DNA of 63,259 bases, the filler included, from Octopus bimaculoides (taxonomy: Eukaryota): assembly GCF_001194135.2 (NCBI RefSeq). It is 6 parts of 4 records of this genome, joined end to end, with 100 filler letters (N's around TTAATTAATTAA, not from the genome) between each part and the next. Parts side by side here need not be neighbours in the genome. Positions count along the whole stretch, not along the records: positions 46,474 to 53,562 come from NC_068983.1; positions 53,663 to 60,775 come from NC_068988.1; positions 60,876 to 63,259 come from NC_068981.1; 3 more parts are not named here. The stretch is one strand, 5' to 3'. Both the position numbers and the translations under genes were made by a program. The notes under the pieces were generated by a model. The model did no database searches, had not been told where the DNA came from, and was given only the letters and a program-made list of their open reading frames with translations. Position 1 is the first letter of the stretch, and each line of letters begins with the position of its first letter. This document shows positions 51,259-63,259 of this stretch, one piece after another.

Positions 51259-53034
51259 ACAGACACACACACACACACAGACACACTCACACACACACAC
51301 ACACACACAAAACAAAAGATACATACCTACATGTATGCATGTCGGTATACATGTGTCAACACTTTTCTTTGCTCTTGTGCGCATATGTGTTTCTAACCAT
51401 GTGCATGTTTAAGAAATAGAAAGAGACAATACATAATGACTTCAAGTTTCATATAAACACTTGGTAACAGCTGTGGAAGAAGTGAAAAAAAATCTAACCA
51501 ATAATTGGGTTTGATAAAAGGAATTTTGTAAGAAGATACAAGAGTATAATATCTTGTTTATATAAGTCAATAGTCAGCCCATATTTGAAGTATGTGATAA
51601 TGTGATATAGCGTTTCTGAGCTGTAAACAAGATTTATTTCAAATGAACCGAGTTCAAAGGCAAGCCATCAAAACCTTTTCACTAATTGAATGATGTGACA
51701 TATCATAAAACATCTCAGATCCTCAAACGGCAAATATCAGAAGCTCTAACGCAAAGGGCTATGATATGATTGAAATAAAGAAAATTATAATTGCCAGACA
51801 CGACTAGCAAGTCGAGAATCAGTATCAACATTAGCAGTCGACTTTATATAAACCAGTAATGTTTTGTCAACCATGTCATTTCCTGTCTTAAGAGAAGTTT
51901 AAACATTATTCCAAGGCAAAACATGTTTAGATTCAATACTGGACATTAAATTCTGAAGAAAACCATTTGATAATTTGTGAAGAGTTGGGTACATGAATGA
52001 CAATTGAAAGGGCAAGACGAATCAAGCGGATGATTTACAGTTTAAATGCGGTGAAGACGTAGGGTAACTAAAAGATGAAACCTGTAATGCAGGATACAGA
52101 AATCCTCGCTACTTAGTAAGTTTTACTGCTATCTTAAACCGAAGAAATAGAAACGAGTAGATTTCTTCACGGTGTATAAATAAACCGCTCCATGTCAAAC
52201 ATGCCCGTCGCTAAGATGGGTGGGTTGGACACAGGACGGCACTGCCCCCTCACTATTCAAATCTTCCTGCAATACATTTCTTGATGTTTGACTAACATGC
52301 CCGTCACTAATGGGGTGCACTGGGCGGCACTGCTCCTCATTATTTAATGGTGCACCCCCGAATTTAGAAAATACAGTTTACAGAAACCTTCCAGCAATAT
52401 ATTTCTTGAAGTCTGACTAACATACCCGTCGTAATGGGGTGCACTGGACCTTCAATAAGGTCGATGTATGGTAAGTGCATACGGATGGATTTTTTTTTGT
52501 CCAAATTCATACGTTCGACCAACTACGAATATACCATAGATCTGCTTGAACAAGGCTGAACAGAAATACACAATATCATCAACGACAAGACCTTTGTGCT
52601 TACAACTAAAAAAAAAAAAACAGGCACATGAACTTCAGTAAATATATGTAGAGGCAGTAGTGTGACTGAATAATCTGCGCAGGTACATATACGGTGCAGA
52701 CGATGAAGTCAGCATGACAAATATTTATTAGGTTTCTTGGTTTTATCTGAGAATTTGAATGTTGGGACAACTCTTCATATCTACATTTAAAAAAAAATAT
52801 TAGACGCGAACAACCCATTCGTGTCTATGCCTAGAACCAATATCGAGAAGATCCAAAAGCGTCTCGCGAAACCAACCAAAATGGATTAACCTCGTTATTG
52901 TTTATCTATCTATCTATCTGTCTATCTATCTGTCTGTCTGAGTGTCTGCTTGTCTTTCTGCCTATTGTCTGTGCATATACCTGTGCATGTGCATAAATAC
53001 ATACATACTCACACAAGTACACACACATACATTA

Positions 53035-53066
<32 letters not shown>

Positions 53067-53227
53067 GAGAGGTGGTCGTTAATATTTGTGATGGTGACGG
53101 GTCATCAAAACGTCGGGGAGGAGTTACACTGACAAGCATGTATTGTATCGTATGGTTGTATATATACTTAGGTGTATATAAAAATATTGAAATACATTAT
53201 CCTAACTCATTGTTCTATCTAAAAATT

Positions 53228-53284
<57 letters not shown>

Positions 53285-53502
53285 ATAATAATAATAATTC
53301 CTAACTTCTGGTTGAATGCCTTCCCAGAGAGTCATGAACTGCTAACAAAACTTTACAACAATGTTTTGCAACAACCTAGTATGACTGCCTCTTAGCTAGT
53401 TAATGGTGTTACATTCCTACTTCCAAAAGAATGAAGAAACAAATGTACGGACGGACAGACAGAGAGACAGATATATATATCTATCTATCTATCTATCTAT
53501 CA

Positions 53503-53562
<60 letters not shown>

Positions 53563-53662
53563 NNNNNNNNNNNNNNNNNNNNNNNNNNNNNNNNNNNNNN
53601 NNNNNNTTAATTAATTAANNNNNNNNNNNNNNNNNNNNNNNNNNNNNNNNNNNNNNNNNNNN
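53563..53662. other. Artificial scaffold linker
   Basis: 44N + TTAATTAATTAA (53607-53618) + 44N. Confidence 0.95.
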
Positions 53663-53875
53663 TACTTCCTGTTTCTGTTGTGCCTGTAATTCAAAGGGTC
53701 AGCCTTGTCACACTGTGTCTCGCTGAATATCCCCGAGAACTACGTTAAGGGTACACGTGTCTGTGGAGTGCTCAGCCACTTGCACGTTAATTTCACGAGC
53801 AGGCTGTTCCGTTGATCGGATCAACTAGAACCCTCGACATCGTAAGCGACGGAGTGCCAACAACAACAACAACGT
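53663..53875 (+). mobile_element. 3' tail of a LINE-related or SINE repeat ending in (CAA)n
   Basis: GC-balanced block ending CGTAAGCGACGGAGTGCCAACAACAACAAC, directly followed by a partial family B SINE (53875-54030). Family name not established. Confidence 0.5.
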
Positions 53876-54131
53876 TCTGAGTTCAAAATTCCACCGAGGG
53901 CGACTTTGCCTTTCATCCCTACGGGGTCGATAAATTAAGTACCAGTTGCGTACTGGGTCGATCTAATCGACTAGCCCCCACCTCCCCCAAAATTTCAGGC
54001 CTTGTGCCTAGAGTAGAAAGGATTATTATATGAGGAATAGATACGGTGTTTCTACATTCACAATATGTTTTTAGCCAATCAGTTCAGATGTGTTACAAAC
54101 AAGGTTTGGTAATGAAAAAACTATTAATAAC

Positions 54132-54283
54132 ATGGCGACAGTTTCCTATAAATTTTATCTCGGATTCTTGTTACGTGACATCTGCTCGTTCGGTAAAATG
54201 GTTTATCAGGCACCGATCTGGAACCAAGGATACCAGGAAAAATCTGTGGTGCACTCGCAGCGGTATAAAGCATTGGCGCTTAG
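54132..54283 (+). CDS. Candidate first coding exon of an unidentified gene
   Basis: AACATGGCG start context, 50 open codons (MATVSYKFYLGFLLRDICSFGKMVYQAPIWNQGYQEKSVVHSQRYKALAL), AG|GTATGT donor at 54284, CCAAT at 54075-54079. No homology recognised. Confidence 0.3.
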
Positions 54284-54591
54284 GTATGTACTGGGCCGTG
54301 CCGCCACCCCGTCACCACCAACACCAAAATATTCGGGAAAGATCTTCCCCTCCACACACACACACACACACACACGTTCTCTCTCTATTTCTCTCTTTCA
54401 GTCTCTGCTTCTCTGCCTCTCTTTCACTCTCTGTCTCTGTCTCTCTCTCTCTCCTTCTCTCCCATTTGTGAAAATACAGCGCTGGCAGAATCGTTACGGC
54501 ACCGAGAAAACTGCATAACGGCATTTCTTCGACTTTCCGTTCAGAGTTCAAATGCCGTAAAGGTAGACTTTGCCTTTCAATTACAACCTTT

Positions 54592-54742
54592 CGAGGCTTC
54601 TTTCAGTTTCCGTCTACCCAATCCACTCACAATGCTTTGGTCAGCCCGAGAAGACACTTGTCTCGGGTGCCAACAGTGGGACCGAACCCAGGACCATGTG
54701 GTTGAGAAGCAAAATTCTTACCTCACAATCACATCTGCGCCT
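54592..54742 (-). mobile_element. SINE family A, 5' part
   Basis: TTTCAGTTTCCGTCTACC...GGGACCGAACCCAGGACCATGTGG; abuts a partial family B SINE (54478-54580, +). Confidence 0.75.
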
Positions 54743-54797
54743 TTGTGTATGCATGTGGGTGAGTGTATGTATATATCAATATCTATATCTATCTATC

Positions 54798-54868
<71 letters not shown>

Positions 54869-55368
54869 NNNNNNNNNNNNNNNNNNNNNNNNNNNNNNNN
54901 NNNNNNNNNNNNNNNNNNNNNNNNNNNNNNNNNNNNNNNNNNNNNNNNNNNNNNNNNNNNNNNNNNNNNNNNNNNNNNNNNNNNNNNNNNNNNNNNNNNN
55001 NNNNNNNNNNNNNNNNNNNNNNNNNNNNNNNNNNNNNNNNNNNNNNNNNNNNNNNNNNNNNNNNNNNNNNNNNNNNNNNNNNNNNNNNNNNNNNNNNNNN
55101 NNNNNNNNNNNNNNNNNNNNNNNNNNNNNNNNNNNNNNNNNNNNNNNNNNNNNNNNNNNNNNNNNNNNNNNNNNNNNNNNNNNNNNNNNNNNNNNNNNNN
55201 NNNNNNNNNNNNNNNNNNNNNNNNNNNNNNNNNNNNNNNNNNNNNNNNNNNNNNNNNNNNNNNNNNNNNNNNNNNNNNNNNNNNNNNNNNNNNNNNNNNN
55301 NNNNNNNNNNNNNNNNNNNNNNNNNNNNNNNNNNNNNNNNNNNNNNNNNNNNNNNNNNNNNNNNNNNN

Positions 55369-55483
<115 letters not shown>

Positions 55484-56214
55484 TTATGAGTGTGTGTGTG
55501 TGTGTTTGGTAGCAATCTCGGCAAAAGCTATATTAAGACTCGCCGATCAACAAACGGAGAAAAGACAAGGCCTGTTTATCGTAATCCTCTTAATCCACTT
55601 AAGACATTTCAACTTCCTTATTAGTAAAGTAGGATGTAAGGATTCACATATGAGAAAAGAGTTCAGCAGTTTGGAGGAGGGGTGGGGTGGGGGAGAAGAT
55701 TTTACGAAAGATGAATTATTGAGAAGATTGGTGTTTCAGCAAAAATGGACGCAAGTATTGTAATAACCTCTTAGGAATACACTAAAATACGCACATATTA
55801 CAACGGAAGGCGCCATTTTTTCGCATCGAATATATCTTGTTATGATTATATCAGAGCTATGATATTGTTAAAACTAAATCTGATATTTAGTAATTAAATT
55901 ATTATCATCGCTGGTTTATATCTCACATGACAGTAATATAACGTATTCACTCGATATAAGCTTATTTTCGTTGTTGGTACAGCGATGGAGCAATTTGTAA
56001 ATGAGGTACGTAGGAGCGTGGGTACGTAGGTACGCGGCTATCTCCGGGTGAAATGCATTCCGACCGTGAGTGTCCAGTCTATTTAGCAAATCTATGATTA
56101 CGTAGATGAGCTGTGGATATGGTTCGAGGTAGATGTAACTTGTAGGTCAAATCTACCTCGATCGACCGCATAGAGATGCGCACGTTGGTTAGTACTCAGA
56201 GTTCGTATATACAG

Positions 56215-56297
<83 letters not shown>

Positions 56298-56587
56298 TCA
56301 ATTTAAACATCAACAAAGAAGAAAACAACACGAAAAATCACGAAAAAAAACACGGAAAAATAACACGAGCACGTGGAATAAGTACAGTGTTATTGGACGC
56401 TCAGGAAAGGAAAGAAACGAAAGAGGATTTAACGTTTCGATCGGAGATCTTCGTCAGAAATATACGAAAAGTTCAAAGAAGGGAAGACGGAGAGAGAAAA
56501 TCGCCAACGATGCACACGCGGTCACATATTGGAATGACCGGAATGGAAAGGGTGGAGAAAATTCACTTTACTATCAAGATATGTAAA

Positions 56588-56810
56588 TGACAGAATCGTT
56601 TGCACGCCGGGCAAAATGCTTAGCGGTATTTCGTCCGCCGTTACGTTCTGAGTTCACATTCCGCCGAAGTCGACTTTGCCTTTCATCCTTTCGGGGTCGA
56701 TTAAATAAGTACCAGATACGCACTGGGGTCGATGTAATCGACTTAATCCCTTTGTCTGTCCTTGTTTGTCCCCTCTGTGTTTAGCCCCCTGTGGGTAATA
56801 AAGAAATATA
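56588..56810 (+). mobile_element. SINE family B, near full length
   Basis: CAGAATCGTT.GCACGCCGGGC.AAATGCTTAGCGGTATTTCG...TGTGGGTAATAAAGAAATA. Confidence 0.85.
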
Positions 56811-56814
56811 TATA

Positions 56815-57315
56815 TATATAAATGACTTCAGATAATTTAGGCTTTTCCCATCAACTTGTATAGAAGTGACAGGAAACTTGTGAACCGGTGGCCTCTGCTT
56901 GATACCTCGAATTTGTTTAGGAGTAGGGCAAGCTTGGTGGATTACTTCCGTCTTCTTTATGCTGATGGTCAAACCAAAGGCTTTACATGCAGCAGAAAAC
57001 CGGTCTAGAAGTTCCTGAGCTTCCTCTAAGGAGGTCGCTACTAGTACAGCAGCATCTGCAGAAAGTAGATCACGTGCGTAGCCGTGTTCTGGCTTTGAAA
57101 CGCTGATGATTGAATAGTTCACCACGTGATCGAAACTGGAATTTGACACCACTTTGTATGTCGCCGAAAGCATATCTCAGCATCACTGAAAACAAGAGTG
57201 CAAACAAAACAGGGGCCGTAACACAATCTCGCGTTGTGCCGTTTGTAACATCGAAGGAAACCGAAGATTCCTCACCAGTCATGACGGCAGCCATCATTCC
57301 ATCACGAAAGGAGAA
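56815..57315 (-). mobile_element. RTE-clade LINE reverse transcriptase fragment, frameshifted
   Basis: SFRDGMMAAV..SFDVTNG..CVTAPVLFALLFSVML..ELFNHQRFKART / DLLSADAAVL..LLDRFSAACKAFGLTISIKKTEV; RTE-type RT with a degenerate ADD motif. Confidence 0.88.
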
Positions 57316-57334
57316 GAGAGAAATATATATATTC

Positions 57335-57697
57335 TTTTACTTGTTTCAGTCACCCGACTGCAGCCATGCTGGAGCACTGCCTTTAGTCATAAAAAAATCG
57401 ACCCCAGGACTTATTCTTTGTAAGCCTAGTACTTATTCCATCGGTCTCTTTTGCTGAACTGCTAAGTTACGGGGACGTAAACACACCAACATCGGTGGTC
57501 AAGCGATGTTGGCGACAAGCACACAAACATTTACATATTCATACATATATATATATATAAGACGGGCTTCTTTCAGTTTCCGTCTACCAAATCCACTCAC
57601 AAGGATTTGGTGGGCCGAGGTTATAGTAGAAGACACTTGCCCAAGGCGCCACGCAGTGGGACTGAATCTGGAACTATGTGGTTGGGAAGCAAGCCAC
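57335..57697 (-). mobile_element. SINE family A, near full length
   Basis: Homologous to 1140-1714. Confidence 0.88.
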
Positions 57698-57699
57698 TT

Positions 57700-57930
57700 A
57701 TTTTCTTTATTGCCCACAAGGGGCTAAACACAGGGGGAACAAGCAAGGACACACAAAGGTATTAAGTCGATTACATCTACCCCAGTGTGTAACTGATACT
57801 GAATTTATCGACCCCGAAAGGATGAAAGGCAAAGTCGACCTCGACGGAATTTGAACTCAGAACGTAACGGCAGACGAAATACCGCTAAGCATTTCGCCCG
57901 GCGTGCAAACGGTTCTGCCAGCTCGCCGCC
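57700..57930 (-). mobile_element. SINE family B, near full length
   Basis: Reverse complement of the 56588-56810 type. Confidence 0.88.
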
Positions 57931-58112
57931 TGCTTACCACACAGCCACTCCTATGTATGTATGTGTATGTANNNNNNNNNNNNNNNNNNNNNNNNNNNNN
58001 NNNNNNNNNNNNNNNNNNNNNNNNNNNNNNNNNNNNNNNNNNNNNNNNNNNNNNNNNNNNNNNNNNNNNNNNNNNNNNNNNNNNNNNNNNNNNNNNNNNN
58101 NNNNNNNNNNNN

Positions 58113-58145
<33 letters not shown>

Positions 58146-58244
58146 ATGTATTGTATGTATCAAAGAACTTTTTGATGCATTGGTGTCACTTTAAATCTAT
58201 AATCAACTGCAACAACAGCGGTACTCATAGCTGCAGGATGCTTA

Positions 58245-58634
58245 ATGCTACCACCAGCACCACCACCAGCACCACCACCACCACTACCACCACCACCACC
58301 ACCTCCATAACCACCTCCAGCTCCATCATTATCTGCACCGACATCAGCAGGCAACGTTATTAATAGTAGCTGCAGGATATACAGCAGCAATGCTAGTAAC
58401 ATTGCTTCGCCGACAACAACAACAACAACAGCAGCAACAAAAATAGTCAGCAACTGCAGCAGTAACAACAACAACAACAGCATCTACAAGTACAGCAACA
58501 GCAACAACAGTAGCTGCACTTCCTCTATTACTATTACTACGTTCTGTAAAAAGAGCACAACTGCGCCATCATCATCTTCACCATCGACATCATCATCATC
58601 ATCGTCATCATCAACATCATCATCATCGTCGTCG

Positions 58635-58670
<36 letters not shown>

Positions 58671-58839
58671 CCATCATCACGACTATTATCATTATTGTAA
58701 TCATCAGCATCGTCATCATCATCATCGAAATCATTATCATCATCATCACCATCACCATATCGTTATCCTCCTCCTCCTCCTCATCATCATCATGGTCGTC
58801 GTCGTCGTCGTCACCACCAACACCACCATAATCATTAGC

Positions 58840-58870
<31 letters not shown>

Positions 58871-58982
58871 TCATCACTATCACCGCCATAATAGAACTAC
58901 TATTTCTAATGTTAACACCACCACCACCACCACCACAGCTACTCCAGCTGCTACTACTACTACTACTACTACTACTGCTACC

Positions 58983-59015
<33 letters not shown>

Positions 59016-59275
59016 ACTGCTACTGTGCCAATCCAAAATCAAAGGCAAATTCAGCAATATCAGCACTCACTAACAAGACCACCGCCACCGCCGCCACCGC
59101 CGATCCACCCCTCCACCTCCACTACCGCCGCCGCAGCCGCGACATCTTCACTCTCCATAACTAATACTACAGATCCTGCTCCTACAACCTCTCACCCAGC
59201 CTCATGCTACCACCAGCACCAGCACCACCACCACCAGCACCACCACCACCACCATCACCACCACCACCACCATAT
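58245..59275. repeat. Compound trinucleotide region (CAC/CAG/CAA/CAT/TAC)
   Basis: Read directly; accounts for the poly-H/M/L/P ORFs. Confidence 0.9.
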
Positions 59276-59287
59276 GTGTTCGGTTTA

Positions 59288-59324
<37 letters not shown>

Positions 59325-59747
59325 TCTTTTATTCTGTTATTCGTTTCAGCTATGCAGCTGTGGCCATGCTGGAGCACGGAGATTTGCACATCCAAGTTTT
59401 ATTATACAGTTAATTACATCGTTCTTCGCCAAGACCTACACGCGTTTCCGCTGCGAACTAACCGAGCATTGTAAATTTTATCTAACTTGAGTTTCATTAA
59501 CATTCACTGTGGCTAGCCGGCATTGAGAACCGTTAGGAGCGAACACAGTATCCTCTAGGATTGGGAAAGATGTTTTCCTGCGGTTAAAAGGCAGTAACAT
59601 GGTCCTACGCAGGACTGCCACCTTATGTTGGCAAATGAGTTTTACTGTGAAGTATAGTTACTACTTAGATCGCATTCAGAGATTTAAAACTAGCTGTTTT
59701 ACTCATTTCTCTGTCTTCCTTTTCTCTTGGACTTTCCTCTATCCCCT

Positions 59748-59782
59748 GTTTCTGAAGAAGAGCTTTGCTCGAAACGTAAAAC
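59748..59782 (+). ncRNA. Minimal type I hammerhead ribozyme (Penelope-associated type)
   Basis: GTTT-CTGAAGA-A-GAGC-TTT-GCTC-GAAA-CGT-A-AAAC: stem I GTTT/AAAC, core CUGANGA + GAAA, 4-bp stem II, palindromic ACGT stem III, GUA cleavage triplet. Confidence 0.7.
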
Positions 59783-60479
59783 CGCCTTTCTTTCCTTCCC
59801 TGAGCGTCTGTTAATACTTTACATGTACTGCGTCCTCGCGTTGTGTTTTTGTGTATTTGTTCTTCATTTTAAAAAATTTCTTCCTCTTCGTTTCTCTCTC
59901 CCGTTACCCACACATGACCATCATCCATCTTTCTCTTCCTCACGTGATCATCTTTCTTTTCTTTCACGACTGTATCCTATCTCTCTCTTATATCTTTCTT
60001 CTTGTCAAAGAAAATATTTCTCCAGCGTCGGCTATTTTTATCCTCGTTCTGGTCAAACGACCCTCCATGTTCGTTTCCGTTCGGTTTCCTTGTATGTCTC
60101 CACTATCCTGTTTTTGTTCTCAATTTTCACCCTGCATAAATCCCAAATTTTATTTTGGTACGTATGAGAGCAACTGTCTTCGAAGACTCATACAGCCACT
60201 CCTACGCCTTTACGTCTTTATAATATTAACAGTTCGGCAATAAACACCGATGGAATAAACGCCAAACATAAAATAAATATAAGTATTGGGGGTCGATCTG
60301 CTTGATCAAGGCGGTGTCCGAGCACGGCCACAGTCCAATGAGTGAAAGATATAAAAGAAAAGAACAAGAAAAACAAAATAAACGGTATGGTCACGGATGG
60401 AATGCTCCATCTGGGTTGATCTAGAGTCGGCTAAACAATACTACCACCCTCACTCATCATCTTCCTCCTCTTCCTTTTC

Positions 60480-60540
60480 GTCTTTTTATCATCATCTACA
60501 CCGTCATCATCGTCATCACCACTACCATCATCATCATCAT

Positions 60541-60572
<32 letters not shown>

Positions 60573-60646
60573 ACATCATCATCATCATCATCATCACCAT
60601 CATCATCGTCATCATCATCATCATCACCATCATCATCGTCATCATC

Positions 60647-60690
<44 letters not shown>

Positions 60691-60720
60691 CATCATCATC
60701 ATCATCATCATCATCATCAA

Positions 60721-60762
<42 letters not shown>

Positions 60763-60775
60763 TATCATCACCACC
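60480..60775. repeat. (CAT)n array
   Basis: Read directly; ends at a linker. Confidence 0.95.
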
Positions 60776-60875
60776 NNNNNNNNNNNNNNNNNNNNNNNNN
60801 NNNNNNNNNNNNNNNNNNNTTAATTAATTAANNNNNNNNNNNNNNNNNNNNNNNNNNNNNNNNNNNNNNNNNNNN
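60776..60875. other. Artificial scaffold linker
   Basis: 44N + TTAATTAATTAA (60820-60831) + 44N. Confidence 0.95.
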
Positions 60876-63259
60876 CTTCCGATCTTATATATATATATAT
60901 ATATAACCAGTTTGTCAGGGTTAGCATACTTTTGATCATAGATATGTTGCTTTATTATATCTGCGCAATACCAACATCCTGGCTTATATAACAGAGCTAA
61001 TCATTAAAGCACAGCTGACTAAATAATGATAGACTGACTGTGTTTTACAAAAGGAAGCACCTTTCCTTTATTAGTCTTGTCATTCGTTAATCCCACAGTC
61101 AACTCTGCAAATATTACTTTCATTGATACTCTATTTGTCAAACTACATCATTATATTTTGAGATAAAAAATGTTCTCTCTCACTCATTTTCTCTTCCCGC
61201 TTCTATGTATTACTCTCACACACGCGCGCGCACCATGCTCACTCAACAATACATACCAACATACACAAACACATAGATCGATGCTGCTGTTCATCGTCAT
61301 CTTAAAGGTAATGAATAAGCGTTAGCTCGCATTGATTTCTCATATCTTCACAAAGCCACATACTTTGGAAATGGAAGATTAACTACAACAGCTCGTGGTT
61401 CTTTATTTTATTATTTTTGAAAAGTTTTCTTTTGTACTTTCAGAGTTCAAATCTGGACAATATTTAAACTTAGAACGGAATAAATCACCGTTAAACGTTT
61501 AAATTGACTTCGCTTTTTAACTCTCCAGAGACTGCCATGTATGTAACAGTAATATACTGTAGTCAATTCAACTAAATCTCTACTCCTGTACAAAATCTGA
61601 CTGTGATTGTATAAGAAATCAATATTTAATCAATTAATTGAGTTTCTTTATTAATAACATTATTGGCAAAGACACAATGAAATATTGAAATATGTGTCTC
61701 AAAATTCTTATATTTGTGTATTCCATTTCAAATAAAACTAAAAATTCATTGTTCTGATAATGATTTCATGTCTCCAAAGCACTTTATTCATTATACAATA
61801 TTTCCAGCAGAGTTTACATTCCACTCCTATCTTGGTTAAATACAAAACTATTGCGACATTAAATTAGCTTTTTAACTTCTTAAACTCTTCTATTATAGTT
61901 GATAAAGTAAATTACTTTGCCAAGCACAGACGTCACAGAAACAGCATCTAATTTTGGTGTCGGGCAATTCTACGTAAAGTGCACAAGCTTATTAGCTTAT
62001 GCAATTGAAAGCTCTAATCCTCAATAGGGTATATATAATACAGTTATGAGTAGACCGCATGCTTATACAAAGTGATAATATAAAGAAGTAGTGCAATTGC
62101 TGTTTGAGATTCATGGAGTTGTCAATATCGAAACCTTTGATGTCGCCAAATAATATCAAGATGGGTTTAAAGAATTAATTTTCCTGTTTTAATATCTTTA
62201 ACTTAAAAACGTGAACCATGGATGTCAATCTAAGTAAATATGGATATCATCACCTCTTTTGTGCTGCGGCTCTTGTAATTTGGATTCTTATGTTGAAGTG
62301 GAGAGAGAACTTGTTTTGTGATATAATTTCAGCTGAAATTAAATATGAATTCTGAGATAAAATTAATAAAAATATATACTAACAAAAATCATGGGGTTTA
62401 AGTTTTATTTTTACATGATATTACCACCGACTATCGATTGCGGACTTATCTCACTATAAAAATCTTTTCTTTATAATTAACTTTTCTATCTGCTTATGGC
62501 TTTTGCTGAGTGCCTATAAACTTACGTCTATTTATGAGTTTTTTTTTTTTTACGAATGAATGTGCGTTAAAAGGAAAAATGAATAAAGAGATTAAATAAA
62601 TGAGGGAAACGCTGAGAGTGACAGAGAGATAAGAAACAGAAAGCAAGAATTGAGAGGTACGTTGGGTAAGTGAAGTATCAAGAAATTGTTGAAATATTCC
62701 ATTAAGCGTGCAATGCATGAAACCAACACATTGGGGTAACATGCGCATTTCCGTTTCGTTTAAATATATTCTAAAGCATTATTATAAAACCTCATTCAAC
62801 GTACTCTTGCCTACTTAATTTTTCTTTTTACTTCTTATCCAATATCTTGTCATGAATGATAAATTCTAATGAATATTTGCAGCATATATTCAGGTTAGAC
62901 TGGTTAATATTGGTTTAGCTTTATGCATGAGTTATACCAATAAGATAGAGAATTTAAACTTTTCGTAATCGTGAATGACAAAACTTGATTACAAGTCTAT
63001 ACAAAAATGATACACTGATAAATGAAAAGCTATATGTCAATGTCTTGTTTGTTTGCTGGGCTGCAACTCTTAAAGTAAACTCCCAGTACTCCACTTAAAA
63101 TGATGTATATACGTTTCCGTCTGATTGTGTGCGCGCGCGTGTGTATATGTGTGTGTGTATATGTGTGTGTGTATAACTGTCAATACATCCTGCTTTATAT
63201 TCAAGAAGCACAGAATAACTGACATTACTTGATAAGCTTTATATATATATATATATATA

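Noticed and set aside
61443-61502. Strong acceptor followed by FKSGQYLNLERNKSPLNV* as a terminal exon
   Set aside because: No upstream partner exon or homology; CAGAGTTCAAAT also resembles the SINE B core.
62425-62453. 29-nt minus-strand AG..GT micro-exon (EISPQSIVG)
   Set aside because: Too short to support without transcript data.

Overview
AT-rich, microsatellite- and SINE-saturated animal genomic DNA with many N gaps. The repeat families look like those I associate with Octopus (cephalopod), but this is from recall and unverified. Five identical 100-bp linkers (44 N + TTAATTAATTAA + 44 N) split the window into six segments (1-11265, 11366-38266, 38367-46373, 46474-53562, 53663-60775, 60876-63259), so adjacency across them is not sequence-proven. 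The only host gene I can firmly identify is ARFRP1: its last three coding exons lie on the minus strand (7171-7101, 6277-6177, 5556-5466), and its 5' exons are not visible. The rest is decayed transposons: four Penelope-like (RT/GIY-YIG) pieces from two families, CR1-like, RTE-like and two R4/Dong-like LINE fragments, two mariner fragments, a Merlin derivative with an 8-bp TSD, a Chapaev3-like derivative with a TAA TSD, and many tRNA-derived SINEs. The most unusual structures are two Penelope RT segments each bracketed by near-perfect inverted repeats (16941-20000 and 28477-29201), a domain-collinear juxtaposition of two Penelope families (11740-14186), and several hammerhead-ribozyme-like motifs (best at 59748-59782 and 16096-16186). 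Most long ORFs in the supplied track are microsatellite or N artefacts.
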